A stretch of DNA of 64,000 bases from Candidatus Latescibacterota bacterium (GTDB lineage Bacteria > Latescibacterota > UBA2968 > GCA-2709665): positions 2,784,001-2,848,000 of the forward strand of contig OZ250150.1 in assembly GCA_965237675.1 (NCBI GenBank), in the 5' to 3' direction. Shown in pieces: positions 43,688 through 52,057 of the stretch. The notes under the pieces were generated by a model, which saw only the letters and a list, made by a program, of their open reading frames with translations, was not told the origin of the DNA and did no database searches. A program made the position numbers and the translations under genes. How positions within the stretch are numbered: the first letter of the stretch is position 1; each line of letters begins with the position of its first letter.

Positions 43688-44037
43688 GGCCATTTTTATA
43701 GGTGATCGGGGTGTATTCCACCCGCACGACCGGGAAGAGGTTGCTTGTGGGGCATCAGGTTGGCAGTACGGACATCGGTTCCCGAATTCAGCCGACAATT
43801 GTCGACGCCATCGGCAAGACGCCGCTGTTGCGCATCCGGAAGTTTGCGGATCACCTGGATGGCGTTGAGATATACGCGAAAATGGAGATGTTCAACCCGG
43901 GCGGATCGGTGAAGGACCGGCCGGCGTTGCAGATGATCCAGGATGCCATCGCGTCCGGTGAGTTGACACCCGATCGGGTGATTATCGATTCGACGTCCGG
44001 CAATACGGGAATCGCGTACGCGATGATCGGCGCGGCG
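43688..44037 (+). pseudogene. Truncated 5' copy of cysteine synthase cysM
   Basis: 350-bp colinear copy of 49471-49820 (roughly 90% identical by eye), breaks after AMIGAA. Confidence 0.92.
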
Positions 44038-44078
44038 AATCACAGCTATCAAAGTTGCATAGGGAATGACATATTACC

Positions 44079-44513
44079 ATGACGCATGCGGCTAGTTTTG
44101 GAATAAGAACTGCTCATGACTTTTTGCGTGAAATGGTCATACCTCAATACGAAGAATTCATTAAAAAGAATTCATCTTCACGCCATGCTCTGATAGCAAT
44201 TATACTTTCATGCCATATGTACGAATGGGTTCACCGTAGGAAGTTTTGTCGTCAACATTTCGAGGCGACCTATCCCGATGATCGAGGCTTGGCGGAAAAA
44301 TTCGATCTTGCAAGAAAAATCACAAACGGAACGAAGCACTTTAGGTCAACGATTAGATCGCAGACACAATCGGGGTTTTCGTCCGGTTTTGGCGACGCCT
44401 TCTCTCGGCCCCTAAACGTGACATTGGATGACTGAAACAGGCTTTCTGTAGACGTTTTATTGCGTGATATTGTGGATTTTTGGAAAAGACAGGACGAACG
44501 TGGTGTTCTCTGA
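44079..44513 (+). pseudogene. Putative HEPN-like protein with internal TGA at 44433
   Basis: AT-rich; RKITNGTKH motif; frame continues NRLSVDVLLRDIVDFWKRQDERGVL* after the TGA. Confidence 0.5.
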
Positions 44514-44639
44514 GGTTGTTCCATCGCCGCCGTGCCCGTTTTGTTTCTGCAACGGTGAATCTCGCTGCATCGCCGGATGGGCAAACGCGCATTGTAATGC
44601 CACATGCGGCGCGTATCGCATCGCGCCACAGTCGATATC

Positions 44640-44761
44640 ATGAAGGTCAAGCATAAGGGCTTGCGGGCGAGTGGAGCGTAACCGTCACCGGCAACTGGCG
44701 TGTGGTGTTCCGCTTCGAGGACGGCGAGGCCGTGCACGTGGACCTGATCGATTATCACTGA
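44640..44761 (+). pseudogene. Second HigB-like toxin with internal deletion
   Basis: MKVKHKGLRA joined out of frame to WSVTVTGNWRVVFRFEDGEAVHVDLIDYH*. Confidence 0.8.
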
Positions 44762-44780
44762 CTGGAAGGGAGTGTTGACC

Positions 44781-45095
44781 ATGAACGACATTGAAAGCAA
44801 TCGTGTCGGCACCATGCTGAACCCTCCGCACCTGGGCGAACTGATCCGAGAGAGCATGGAAGAGGTTGGCTGGAACGTCACGCAGACGGCGGCGCGCCTC
44901 GACTGCGAGCGCGGCACGCTATCGCGCTTGTTGAACGGCAGGACGGGGGTGTCCGCGAACATGGCGCTGGCGCTGGAGGATATCGGCTGGGGCACCGCCG
45001 ATCACTGGATGCGGATGCAGGCGAGTTATGAGCTTGCGCAAGCCCGCCGGGTACGTGGCGACGCTAAGCGCCAGGCGGATCTGAGATTCGCGTGA
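44781..45095 (+). CDS. higA: HigA family antitoxin (second)
   Basis: MLNPPHLGELIRE...LSRLLNGRTGVSANMALALE...WMRMQASYEL. Confidence 0.88.
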   Translation: MNDIESNRVGTMLNPPHLGELIRESMEEVGWNVTQTAARLDCERGTLSRLLNGRTGVSANMALALEDIGWGTADHWMRMQASYELAQARRVRGDAKRQADLRFA

Positions 45096-45103
45096 ACCCG
45101 GAC

Positions 45104-45167
45104 TTGCGGCGGTGCGCTTTTTTGGGATAACGCCGCACCTATGGCTCAACCTGCAAAAGACTTGGAG
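45104..45167 (+). pseudogene. Short remnant of a third higA
   Basis: ...FFGITPHLWLNLQKTW; CTATGGCTCAACCTGCAAAAG shared with higA at about 43549. Confidence 0.65.
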
Positions 45168-45357
45168 GCTCCGCTGGCGGTAACTTGACGCGGACTACGA
45201 GAATCTGAAATTGAATGACGAACACACGCCCCGGTTCGTCGAATAGATTCGTCGGATGTTCCCGAACACGCCTTCACCGGCAGCGGTCGACGGATCGCTG
45301 CCGCTTAACACGACTTGCTATTTGGACCATTCAATAATGTCTTTTGTGGGGACACCG

Positions 45358-47208
45358 ATGACTAACAGAACGATGAAAAGGCGTTTTGAAATCGACGCGG
45401 AACACCTACCCGATCTGCCCGGAATGATGTTGGTCACGGTCGAGGCCCTTAGGGATTTGGGCGGTTCGGCCACCATTCAGGAACTGGACGAAAAAGTGAT
45501 CGAACTGGAGGAGGTGACCGAAGCCGAGCAATCATTCACTATGCGGGATAACGCAAATCTGCCGCGGGTAAACTACTACCTCGCTTGGGCGCGTACCAAC
45601 CTTAAACGCGGCAATGCACTGGCGAATCCATCGCGTGGAATATGGGAACTAACAGAAAGCGGTTCGGTGATCACAACGCGTGCTCAGACTGATGCAATGT
45701 GGGAACAGGTAATACAGGACCTAAATGAACAGACACGCGTCAAGGAGCAGACCAGTAAAGTCTTAAACGAAGCAGACGATGATTCAGTCGAAGAAAGATT
45801 AGAAGGAACTGAGGATTGGACGTCAACGGCCTGGTACCGCGAGCGTTTCGGTACGGCCGATGTTTGGACTATCGCGCCGGGCGAGGGCGCACGGTTTTGG
45901 GGAGAGTTTCTCGAATTCGGTATCGCGGCAATTGGTTGGGACCATCTTGGAGACCTTAGCGATTATGCATCTAGGGAGGATATCCACAGCGCGTTGATAG
46001 AGAGCGGCGCAGGACAAAACCCCTACAACCAGTCGCTTGCCGCTTGGGAATTCGTTCACGAGATAAAGATCGGAGACATTGTCCTTGCCAAAAAAGGCCG
46101 CCGCGTCATTCTAGGCTGGGGAAAGGTTACCGGAGATTACACCTACTTGCCTGAACGGGCAGAATATCAAAGCGTCAGGACTGTAGATTGGCATCCGTGC
46201 CGTTCACCGATCAACCTAAAGGACCAGATCACGACCAAAACACTGACTCGATTCACGGCCTACGAAGATTGGTTGCGATTTGTATTCGACTTGATAGATG
46301 CCGATGTTGAAGATGCGGATCTTAGACCCAGCAGCGTGGAACCCGAATCCTTCAATATTGCCACCGCACTTGGTGACCTTTTTTTGGAAGAAACTCAGTT
46401 CCAGCGTATCCTCGACTCCATTGCGCTCCGCAAGAATCTGATTCTTCAGGGGCCACCGGGGGTCGGCAAGACGTTCATCGCGCGACGGATCGCATGGTGC
46501 TTGTTGAGGCGCGAGGACTCACGGTTCATCGAGATGGTGCAATTCCATCAGTCCTATGCCTACGAGGACTTCGTGCAGGGCTGGCGGCCGACGGATACCG
46601 GCGGTTTCACCCTGCGTAATGGCGTGTTCTTCGAATTCTGTAAGCGCGCGGAGCACCAGCCTGAAAAGAACTTCGTCTTCATCATCGACGAGATCAACAG
46701 GGGCAATCTGTCCAAGATATTCGGGGAATTGCTCATGCTGATCGAAGCGGACAAACGCGGCCCGAAGCATGCGATTGCGCTGACGTACAGCAATACCGGT
46801 GAGCGCTTTAGTGTCCCTGACAACGTGCATATTCTGGGACTTATGAATACCGCCGATCGCTCGCTCGCAATCGTCGACTACGCTCTGCGCCGCCGGTTCG
46901 CATTTGAAACGCTTCTGCCCGCATACGGCACTGGGAAGTTTCGGGATTACCTGCGGAAAGCGGACGTCGACCAAGTCCTGGTCGACCGTGTTAACAGGAA
47001 CCTAACTGAGCTCAACAAGCGTATCCGTGACGACAAGGATCTCGGACCTGGTTTCCAGATCGGGCACAGCTACTTTATGCCAGAGGAGGCAGCGGACGAC
47101 GAATGGTACCTTGGCATCGTCGATACGCAGGTTGAGCCCCTGTTGCGAGAGTACTGGTTCGACCGTCCCGAACAGGTGGATGAACTGGTGGAGAAATTGC
47201 GGCAGTGA
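45358..47208 (+). CDS. mcrB: McrB-like AAA+ GTPase with N-terminal Mrr_N and EVE/PUA-like domains
   Basis: QGPPGVGKT, FHQSYAYEDFVQG, IIDEINRGN, MNTADRS; N-terminal LRDLGGSAT...LAWARTNLKR...SRGIWELT; start uncertain. Confidence 0.88.
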   Translation: MTNRTMKRRFEIDAEHLPDLPGMMLVTVEALRDLGGSATIQELDEKVIELEEVTEAEQSFTMRDNANLPRVNYYLAWARTNLKRGNALANPSRGIWELTESGSVITTRAQTDAMWEQVIQDLNEQTRVKEQTSKVLNEADDDSVEERLEGTEDWTSTAWYRERFGTADVWTIAPGEGARFWGEFLEFGIAAIGWDHLGDLSDYASREDIHSALIESGAGQNPYNQSLAAWEFVHEIKIGDIVLAKKGRRVILGWGKVTGDYTYLPERAEYQSVRTVDWHPCRSPINLKDQITTKTLTRFTAYEDWLRFVFDLIDADVEDADLRPSSVEPESFNIATALGDLFLEETQFQRILDSIALRKNLILQGPPGVGKTFIARRIAWCLLRREDSRFIEMVQFHQSYAYEDFVQGWRPTDTGGFTLRNGVFFEFCKRAEHQPEKNFVFIIDEINRGNLSKIFGELLMLIEADKRGPKHAIALTYSNTGERFSVPDNVHILGLMNTADRSLAIVDYALRRRFAFETLLPAYGTGKFRDYLRKADVDQVLVDRVNRNLTELNKRIRDDKDLGPGFQIGHSYFMPEEAADDEWYLGIVDTQVEPLLREYWFDRPEQVDELVEKLRQ

Positions 47209-48245
47209 ACACCAAGACAATTCCAATCGCCAACATCTACTACCTTTTGTGCTACGCCTGGAGCCATGTCGATGAGCGAGATGTGGTGCGGCTGGAGCAA
47301 CTGGAAGGGCTGGAGAGAGTTTACGATCTGCTGGGCAAGGTGCTTGCAGCAGGGACCGTCCGTCTGATCCGCAGAGGCATTGACCGAGGGTATCGGGAGG
47401 TGCGTGAGGACTTCGCCGGCATACGCGGAAAGATCGCGGTGGGGGAGACCGTGAAACGGGCACTCCGCGCCCGCGGACGGGTCGTTTGCGACTTCGAGGA
47501 ACTGTCCCGCGATGTCCTGCACAACCGCATCCTCCGCTCCACGCTCGGATCCCTCCTCCGACTTCCGAACCTGGATTCCGACGTGTACGCCGAGGTCCGG
47601 AATGCATACACCAAGTTGAACGACGTTCGCGTGTTGCGCTTAAGTCGCCGGCTTTTCCGACAGGTGCAACTCGACCGCAACCGGCGGTACTATCGATTCC
47701 TGTTGTCGGTTTGCAAACTCATCCATGAACAGTTGCTGGTAGATGAACGATCCGGTGACGCGAGGTTCACCGACTTCAGCGAAGATCGAATGGAGAAACT
47801 GTACGAGGACTTCATAATCGAGTTCTATAAGCGTGAGCAAGACCGTTATCGGGTCAACCATCGCGGGCGCGCCATCGCTTGGGCCGACGAAGGCACGCCC
47901 GATCACCATCGCTTGAAACTTCCGAAAATGGAAGCCGACGTCATACTGGAAGCGCCGGATCGGCGAATCATCATGGACGCGAAATACTACCGAGAGGCGT
48001 TTGGCGGCCGCTACGGCGGGAAGCTACATTCTGACAATCTTTACCAACTCCTGGCCTATCTAAGAAATCGCGAAGCAACCAGGGCGCCCGGGCCGAGACA
48101 CGAAGGAATCCTGCTCTACCCGACAGTCGACGCGTCGGTGAAGGTCGATGTCTGCCTGGAGGGTTACTCGATCCGTGCTCGGAGCATTGATCTTGCTCAG
48201 AACTGGCGCAACATCCATCGTGATATGTTGAAGTTGATCGCGTAG
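47205..48245 (+). CDS. mcrC: McrC PD-(D/E)xK restriction nuclease subunit
   Basis: IPIANIYYLLCYAW, EADVIL...IMDAKYY, NLYQLLAYL; GTGA overlap with mcrB. Confidence 0.9.
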   Translation: MNTKTIPIANIYYLLCYAWSHVDERDVVRLEQLEGLERVYDLLGKVLAAGTVRLIRRGIDRGYREVREDFAGIRGKIAVGETVKRALRARGRVVCDFEELSRDVLHNRILRSTLGSLLRLPNLDSDVYAEVRNAYTKLNDVRVLRLSRRLFRQVQLDRNRRYYRFLLSVCKLIHEQLLVDERSGDARFTDFSEDRMEKLYEDFIIEFYKREQDRYRVNHRGRAIAWADEGTPDHHRLKLPKMEADVILEAPDRRIIMDAKYYREAFGGRYGGKLHSDNLYQLLAYLRNREATRAPGPRHEGILLYPTVDASVKVDVCLEGYSIRARSIDLAQNWRNIHRDMLKLIA

Positions 48246-48328
48246 TTGGGTTTGCCCTCTGCATGGGTGAGGATGAAGCCGAGGCGCTTCAACTCGTCGA
48301 GCGACAGGAACCGATCGCGCGGCTTGGC
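48246..48328 (-). pseudogene. Tyrosine recombinase (integrase) fragment
   Basis: Manual translation AKPRDRFLSLDELKRLGFILTHAE resembles the R.RFLS.(D/E)EL.RLG segment that precedes the catalytic domain of phage-type integrases. Confidence 0.55.
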
Positions 48329-48336
48329 CGCTGTTG

Positions 48337-49135
48337 CGCCGCTCGGCTGCTCTTCCGCGAAACGTCACAACAGTGTCGACACGCTTTGGTGCCCTTCGTC
48401 CCCTCCAGCCGTTCCTGAATCGTGGTGCTGGACGTTAAAGCGCGGAGAACCAACCGCCGACCTCGCAAGGGGTGGCATGTTGTTCCGGTGTTTATACGGG
48501 ACAACAGGGGACGCTTGGTGTTGGCGTTCGAGGCTGATGGTGAGCGGCGCGGTTTTTGCCGCGAACAAACCCCTATCACCACAACCGGGCGGGCGACCAC
48601 TGACCACTCGCCGCTGACTGTTGTTTTTCTCTTTGTGTTTTCGTGTGAGCCATTTCCGTACTCTCGTCAGCAGGAAGCCAATAGAACATCGGCAGCGATG
48701 CCCATCATGAGGTCAACCAGAGCAGAGCGCGTAGTTCCGTCCGGCACTGAGCACCGTTTTCCACTTTCGCTCGCAGGGCAACCGATCATGTGGAGCCGCC
48801 AGCGAGATTCGCGCTATCAGCGAGATTCGCGCTATGCATATGGCAGGCTCCGCGCCTAGCGGCGACTTTTGGTTCCTTTTGGTCGCATCAAAAGGAACCC
48901 GCCGGAGGCAGGGAATTTGGGGAGAGATTGTGAATTTGGATTTTTTTCGATTTTTAATTTACGCCCTTTTTCTTTCTCGCCATGAAAAAGCGCAAAGGAG
49001 CGCACTGCCCAGACGCAGCGGGTAGCCTTTTCGCGAATTACCGCTGTAGATAGTTCGTGAGACTCTGCCCTGCGGGCTATGTAGGCATTTCTGGACAGCT
49101 CTACTGAACGAACGAGCGCGGAAAGGCCCCTTCCC
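48337..49135. repeat. Modular element copy C plus tandem left arm of a further copy (C2)
   Basis: Left arm 48337-48450, right arm 48718-48872, 32-bp tail 48894-48925, new left arm 48970-49130. Confidence 0.85.
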
Positions 49136-49288
49136 CCCGGAATGGGCACCTGCAGGACGGGCCGACCGAGATAGCGCAGGCCTTTCCCTTCCTCCCCGAG
49201 GGAGGTTCGCGAACCGCCCCTGCAAATGCAGCATGGGCGCGGTCGTCGGCAAATGGAGATCGCTTGGCCGTATCGACAACCGCAGTAC

Positions 49289-49480
49289 GCTGATCGCTGT
49301 TTTACCCTTTTTGTCATTGTGCCTTCGTGTGAGCCGGTGTTCCGCGCCGCGTCATCGAAATTGTAGGGGCAACCCTTGTGGTTGCCCTTCTATTGACTTC
49401 CGCCGTTTACGCTTGACAAAGCCGGTCGTCGGTATATATTGTTTTTGCTGCTTGGTCCCGGGCAACACGGGGCCATTTTT
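49289..49480 (+). promoter_or_regulatory. cysM upstream region with REP (49363-49387) and sigma70 promoter
   Basis: TTGACA 49413-49418, 16 bp, TATATT 49435-49440; duplicated at 42971-43161. Confidence 0.65.
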
Positions 49481-49529
49481 ATAGGTGATCGGGGTGTATC
49501 CCACCCGCACGATCGGGAAGAGGTTGCTT

Positions 49530-50477
49530 GTGGGGCATCAGGCGCGGAAGTCAGAGAACGGTTCCCGAATTCAGCCTACAATTGTCGAACACATCGGCGA
49601 GACGCCGCTGTTGCGCATCCGGAAGTTTGCGGATCACCTGGATCGCGTCGAGATCTACGCGAAAATGGAGATGTTCAACCCGGGCGGATCGGTGAAGGAC
49701 CGGCCGGCGTTGCAGATGATCCTGGATGCCATCGCATCCGGGGAGTTGACACCCGATAGGGTGATTATCGATTCGACGTCGGGCAATACGGGAATCGCGT
49801 ACGCGATGATCGGAGCGGCGCTGGGGTACCGGGTGGAACTGGTTATGCCGGGCAGCGTCAGCGTGGAACGCCGGCACGTGATTCAGGCCTATGGCGCGAG
49901 CCTTGTTCTGAGCGATGCGCTGGAGGGATCCGATGGCGCCATTCTGAAATGCAGGGAGATTCTGGCGGCCAGCCCGGAGCGGTATTACAAACCGGATCAA
50001 TACAATAACCCTTCGAATCCCAGGGCGCACTATCTGCAGACCGCACCGGAAATCTGGCGGCAGACGCGGGGGCGCGTGACCCATTTCGTGGCGACCCTCG
50101 GCACCAGCGGCACGCTGATCGGCACCGGCCGGCGGTTGAAGGAGTACAACCCCGATATCCGGATCGTGGCTGTGGAACCGCACGAGTTTCACGGAATCGA
50201 AGGCCTTAAGAATATGGATGTATCCATTGTGCCGGGCATTTACGACCCTTCGGTGTGGGATCGCAAGATCCGCGTGGAGACGGAAGATGCCTATGAGGCC
50301 GCCAGGCGGTTGACGCGCGAACTCGGCATTCCTGCCGGACAGTCGTGCGGTGCGGCCTTCGCGGGGGCGTTGCGCGTGGCCGAGGAGGCGGGCGAGGGGG
50401 TTGTGGTTACCCTTTTCCCTGACAGCGGCGAGAAATATATGAGCACTCCGCTGTGGCGTCTGGACGAGCCGGTTTGA
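49530..50477 (+). CDS. cysM: Cysteine synthase (CysM-type, PLP)
   Basis: NPGGSVKDR, STSGNTG, LGTSGT, FPDSGEKY; probable GTG start 49530; followed by mec and cysO. Confidence 0.88.
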   Translation: MGHQARKSENGSRIQPTIVEHIGETPLLRIRKFADHLDRVEIYAKMEMFNPGGSVKDRPALQMILDAIASGELTPDRVIIDSTSGNTGIAYAMIGAALGYRVELVMPGSVSVERRHVIQAYGASLVLSDALEGSDGAILKCREILAASPERYYKPDQYNNPSNPRAHYLQTAPEIWRQTRGRVTHFVATLGTSGTLIGTGRRLKEYNPDIRIVAVEPHEFHGIEGLKNMDVSIVPGIYDPSVWDRKIRVETEDAYEAARRLTRELGIPAGQSCGAAFAGALRVAEEAGEGVVVTLFPDSGEKYMSTPLWRLDEPV

Positions 50478-50489
50478 AGGAGGGCGGAT

Positions 50490-50957
50490 TTGGAGCAGGC
50501 GGTCTGGAAACGGATTTACGAGCATGCGCGCAGGGATTACCCGGCCGAGTGCTGCGGGATTGTGGCGACAGGGACGGACGGTGACTATCAGGTACATCCG
50601 TGCGAGAATATCCAGGACCGGCTGCATGCCCGAAACCCGGAGGAACACCCGCGCACCTCGAAAACCGCTTACCGGATGGACGATCTGGAAGTTCACCGGA
50701 TTTTTTCTGAGACAGAAAGCGCGGGCGGCCGCGTGGTGACGTTTTATCATTCACACATCGACTGCGGCGCGTATTTCTCCGAGGAAGATCGCCAGGCCGC
50801 GATGTTTATGGACGCGCCGGCCTTTCCGAACGTGGTCTACCTGGTGGTCTCCGTGGTAGACGGCGCCGTACGGGGGGCGGCCGGGTTCGGATGGGACGAA
50901 CGGAGGAAGACATTTGCGGAAACGGCGCTGGAGGGTTACGATCCGGCAATACAATAG
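50490..50957 (+). CDS. mec: JAB/MPN metalloprotease (Mec-like)
   Basis: YPAECCG...FYHSHIDCGAYFSEED (E...HxH-x7-S-x2-D). Confidence 0.85.
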   Translation: MEQAVWKRIYEHARRDYPAECCGIVATGTDGDYQVHPCENIQDRLHARNPEEHPRTSKTAYRMDDLEVHRIFSETESAGGRVVTFYHSHIDCGAYFSEEDRQAAMFMDAPAFPNVVYLVVSVVDGAVRGAAGFGWDERRKTFAETALEGYDPAIQ

Positions 50958-51089
50958 AAACCGGATCGCAGGTGCGTAACGCATGAGGTGGAGGCGTACC
51001 CGCTCACGACGGGAAGAACGGACAAATCCGACGCATCCAAAATGCAACCCCCGTAACCTTATATACCCACCATTCAGGAGGTTCACACA

Positions 51090-51374
51090 ATGGGCTTGAC
51101 CGTACGGATACCGACGCCATTGCGAAAATTCACCGGCGATCGGGCGGATGTTGAAGCCAGCGGCGCAACACTTGGGGAATTGCTCGACGATCTCGAATCG
51201 AATCATCCGGGCATCAAGGAGAATCTCGTCGACGCCGGAACCGGCGGCTTGCGCCGATTTGTAAACGTGTACGTCAACGACGAGGACGTTCGTTTTCTGG
51301 AGGGTACGGATACCCCCCTGAAAGACGGCGACAGCGTGACGATTGTTCCGGCCATCGCCGGAGGGCGATGTTAA
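51090..51374 (+). CDS. Ubiquitin-like sulfur carrier (CysO/MoaD/ThiS)
   Basis: VRIPTPLR...LRRFVNVYVNDEDVRFL...IVPAIAGG-RC. Confidence 0.9.
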   Translation: MGLTVRIPTPLRKFTGDRADVEASGATLGELLDDLESNHPGIKENLVDAGTGGLRRFVNVYVNDEDVRFLEGTDTPLKDGDSVTIVPAIAGGRC

Positions 51375-51432
51375 ATCGTCAATCGGCGTTGCCGGTGGGC
51401 CTGTAGCCCGCCTGGCTGTTTGGAGGCCGCGT

Positions 51433-51861
51433 ATGCAAATCTCCTCGAAGGGTAATTACGGATTGCGGGCCGTATTGGATCTGGCGCTGCATTACGGCGA
51501 GGGTGTCGTGCAAAGTGCGGGAATCGCCTCCCGGCAGGATATTCCGGAGTCCTATTTGGTACAGTTGTTGAATCTGCTGCGCAATGCCGGGCTGGTGCGC
51601 AGCGTCAGAGGCCCCAAAGGCGGCCACGAATTGATCCGGCGGCCGGAGGAAATTACGGTCGGCGCTGTTCTGGAGGTCCTCGAAGGTCCGGTCCAACTCA
51701 CCGGAGAAACGAGAGAAAGCGGGAACGGGGCAAAAGACGTATTGCGGGAAGTCTATGAGCGGTTGGAGGAAGCTGTGGAGGATGTACTGACCTCCGTTAC
51801 GTTCGGCGACCTCTGCAGGAAATACCGAATCCAAAGCGGTCGAATTGTCTTTCGCATATAG
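51433..51861 (+). CDS. Rrf2 family regulator (CymR-like)
   Basis: SSKGNYGLRA, IPESYLVQLL, VRSVRGPKGG; lacks the three Fe-S Cys of IscR. Confidence 0.88.
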   Translation: MQISSKGNYGLRAVLDLALHYGEGVVQSAGIASRQDIPESYLVQLLNLLRNAGLVRSVRGPKGGHELIRRPEEITVGAVLEVLEGPVQLTGETRESGNGAKDVLREVYERLEEAVEDVLTSVTFGDLCRKYRIQSGRIVFRI

Positions 51862-52006
51862 TGTTCTGTCCCGGAAATAGATTGCCGAAATTCGGCCGAC
51901 GAGCGAAGGCAATGCAAGCAGACGGGATGAACCGGCGCCTGCCTGTGCGTGCTGCCTCACGCACGCAGACAGCGAAGAATGGTGACGTATTTCTGAGACA
52001 GGACAT
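51861..52006. mobile_element. Putative MITE, long form
   Basis: TIRs GTGTTCTGTCCCGGAAATA / TATTTCTGAGACAGGACAT; ends shared with 52984-53053. Confidence 0.6.
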
Positions 52007-52057
52007 CTGATCACGGAAGGCGTGCAGCCTATCCAACACATCCACAGGGCGTACAGC

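Noticed and set aside
44433-44435. TGA as selenocysteine or recoded Trp/Gly
   Set aside because: No redox motif or evident SECIS hairpin; TGA is a normal stop in many genes here.
48800-48835. 18-bp tandem duplication CAGCGAGATTCGCGCTAT x2
   Set aside because: Local slippage inside the right arm of element C, not a separate feature.
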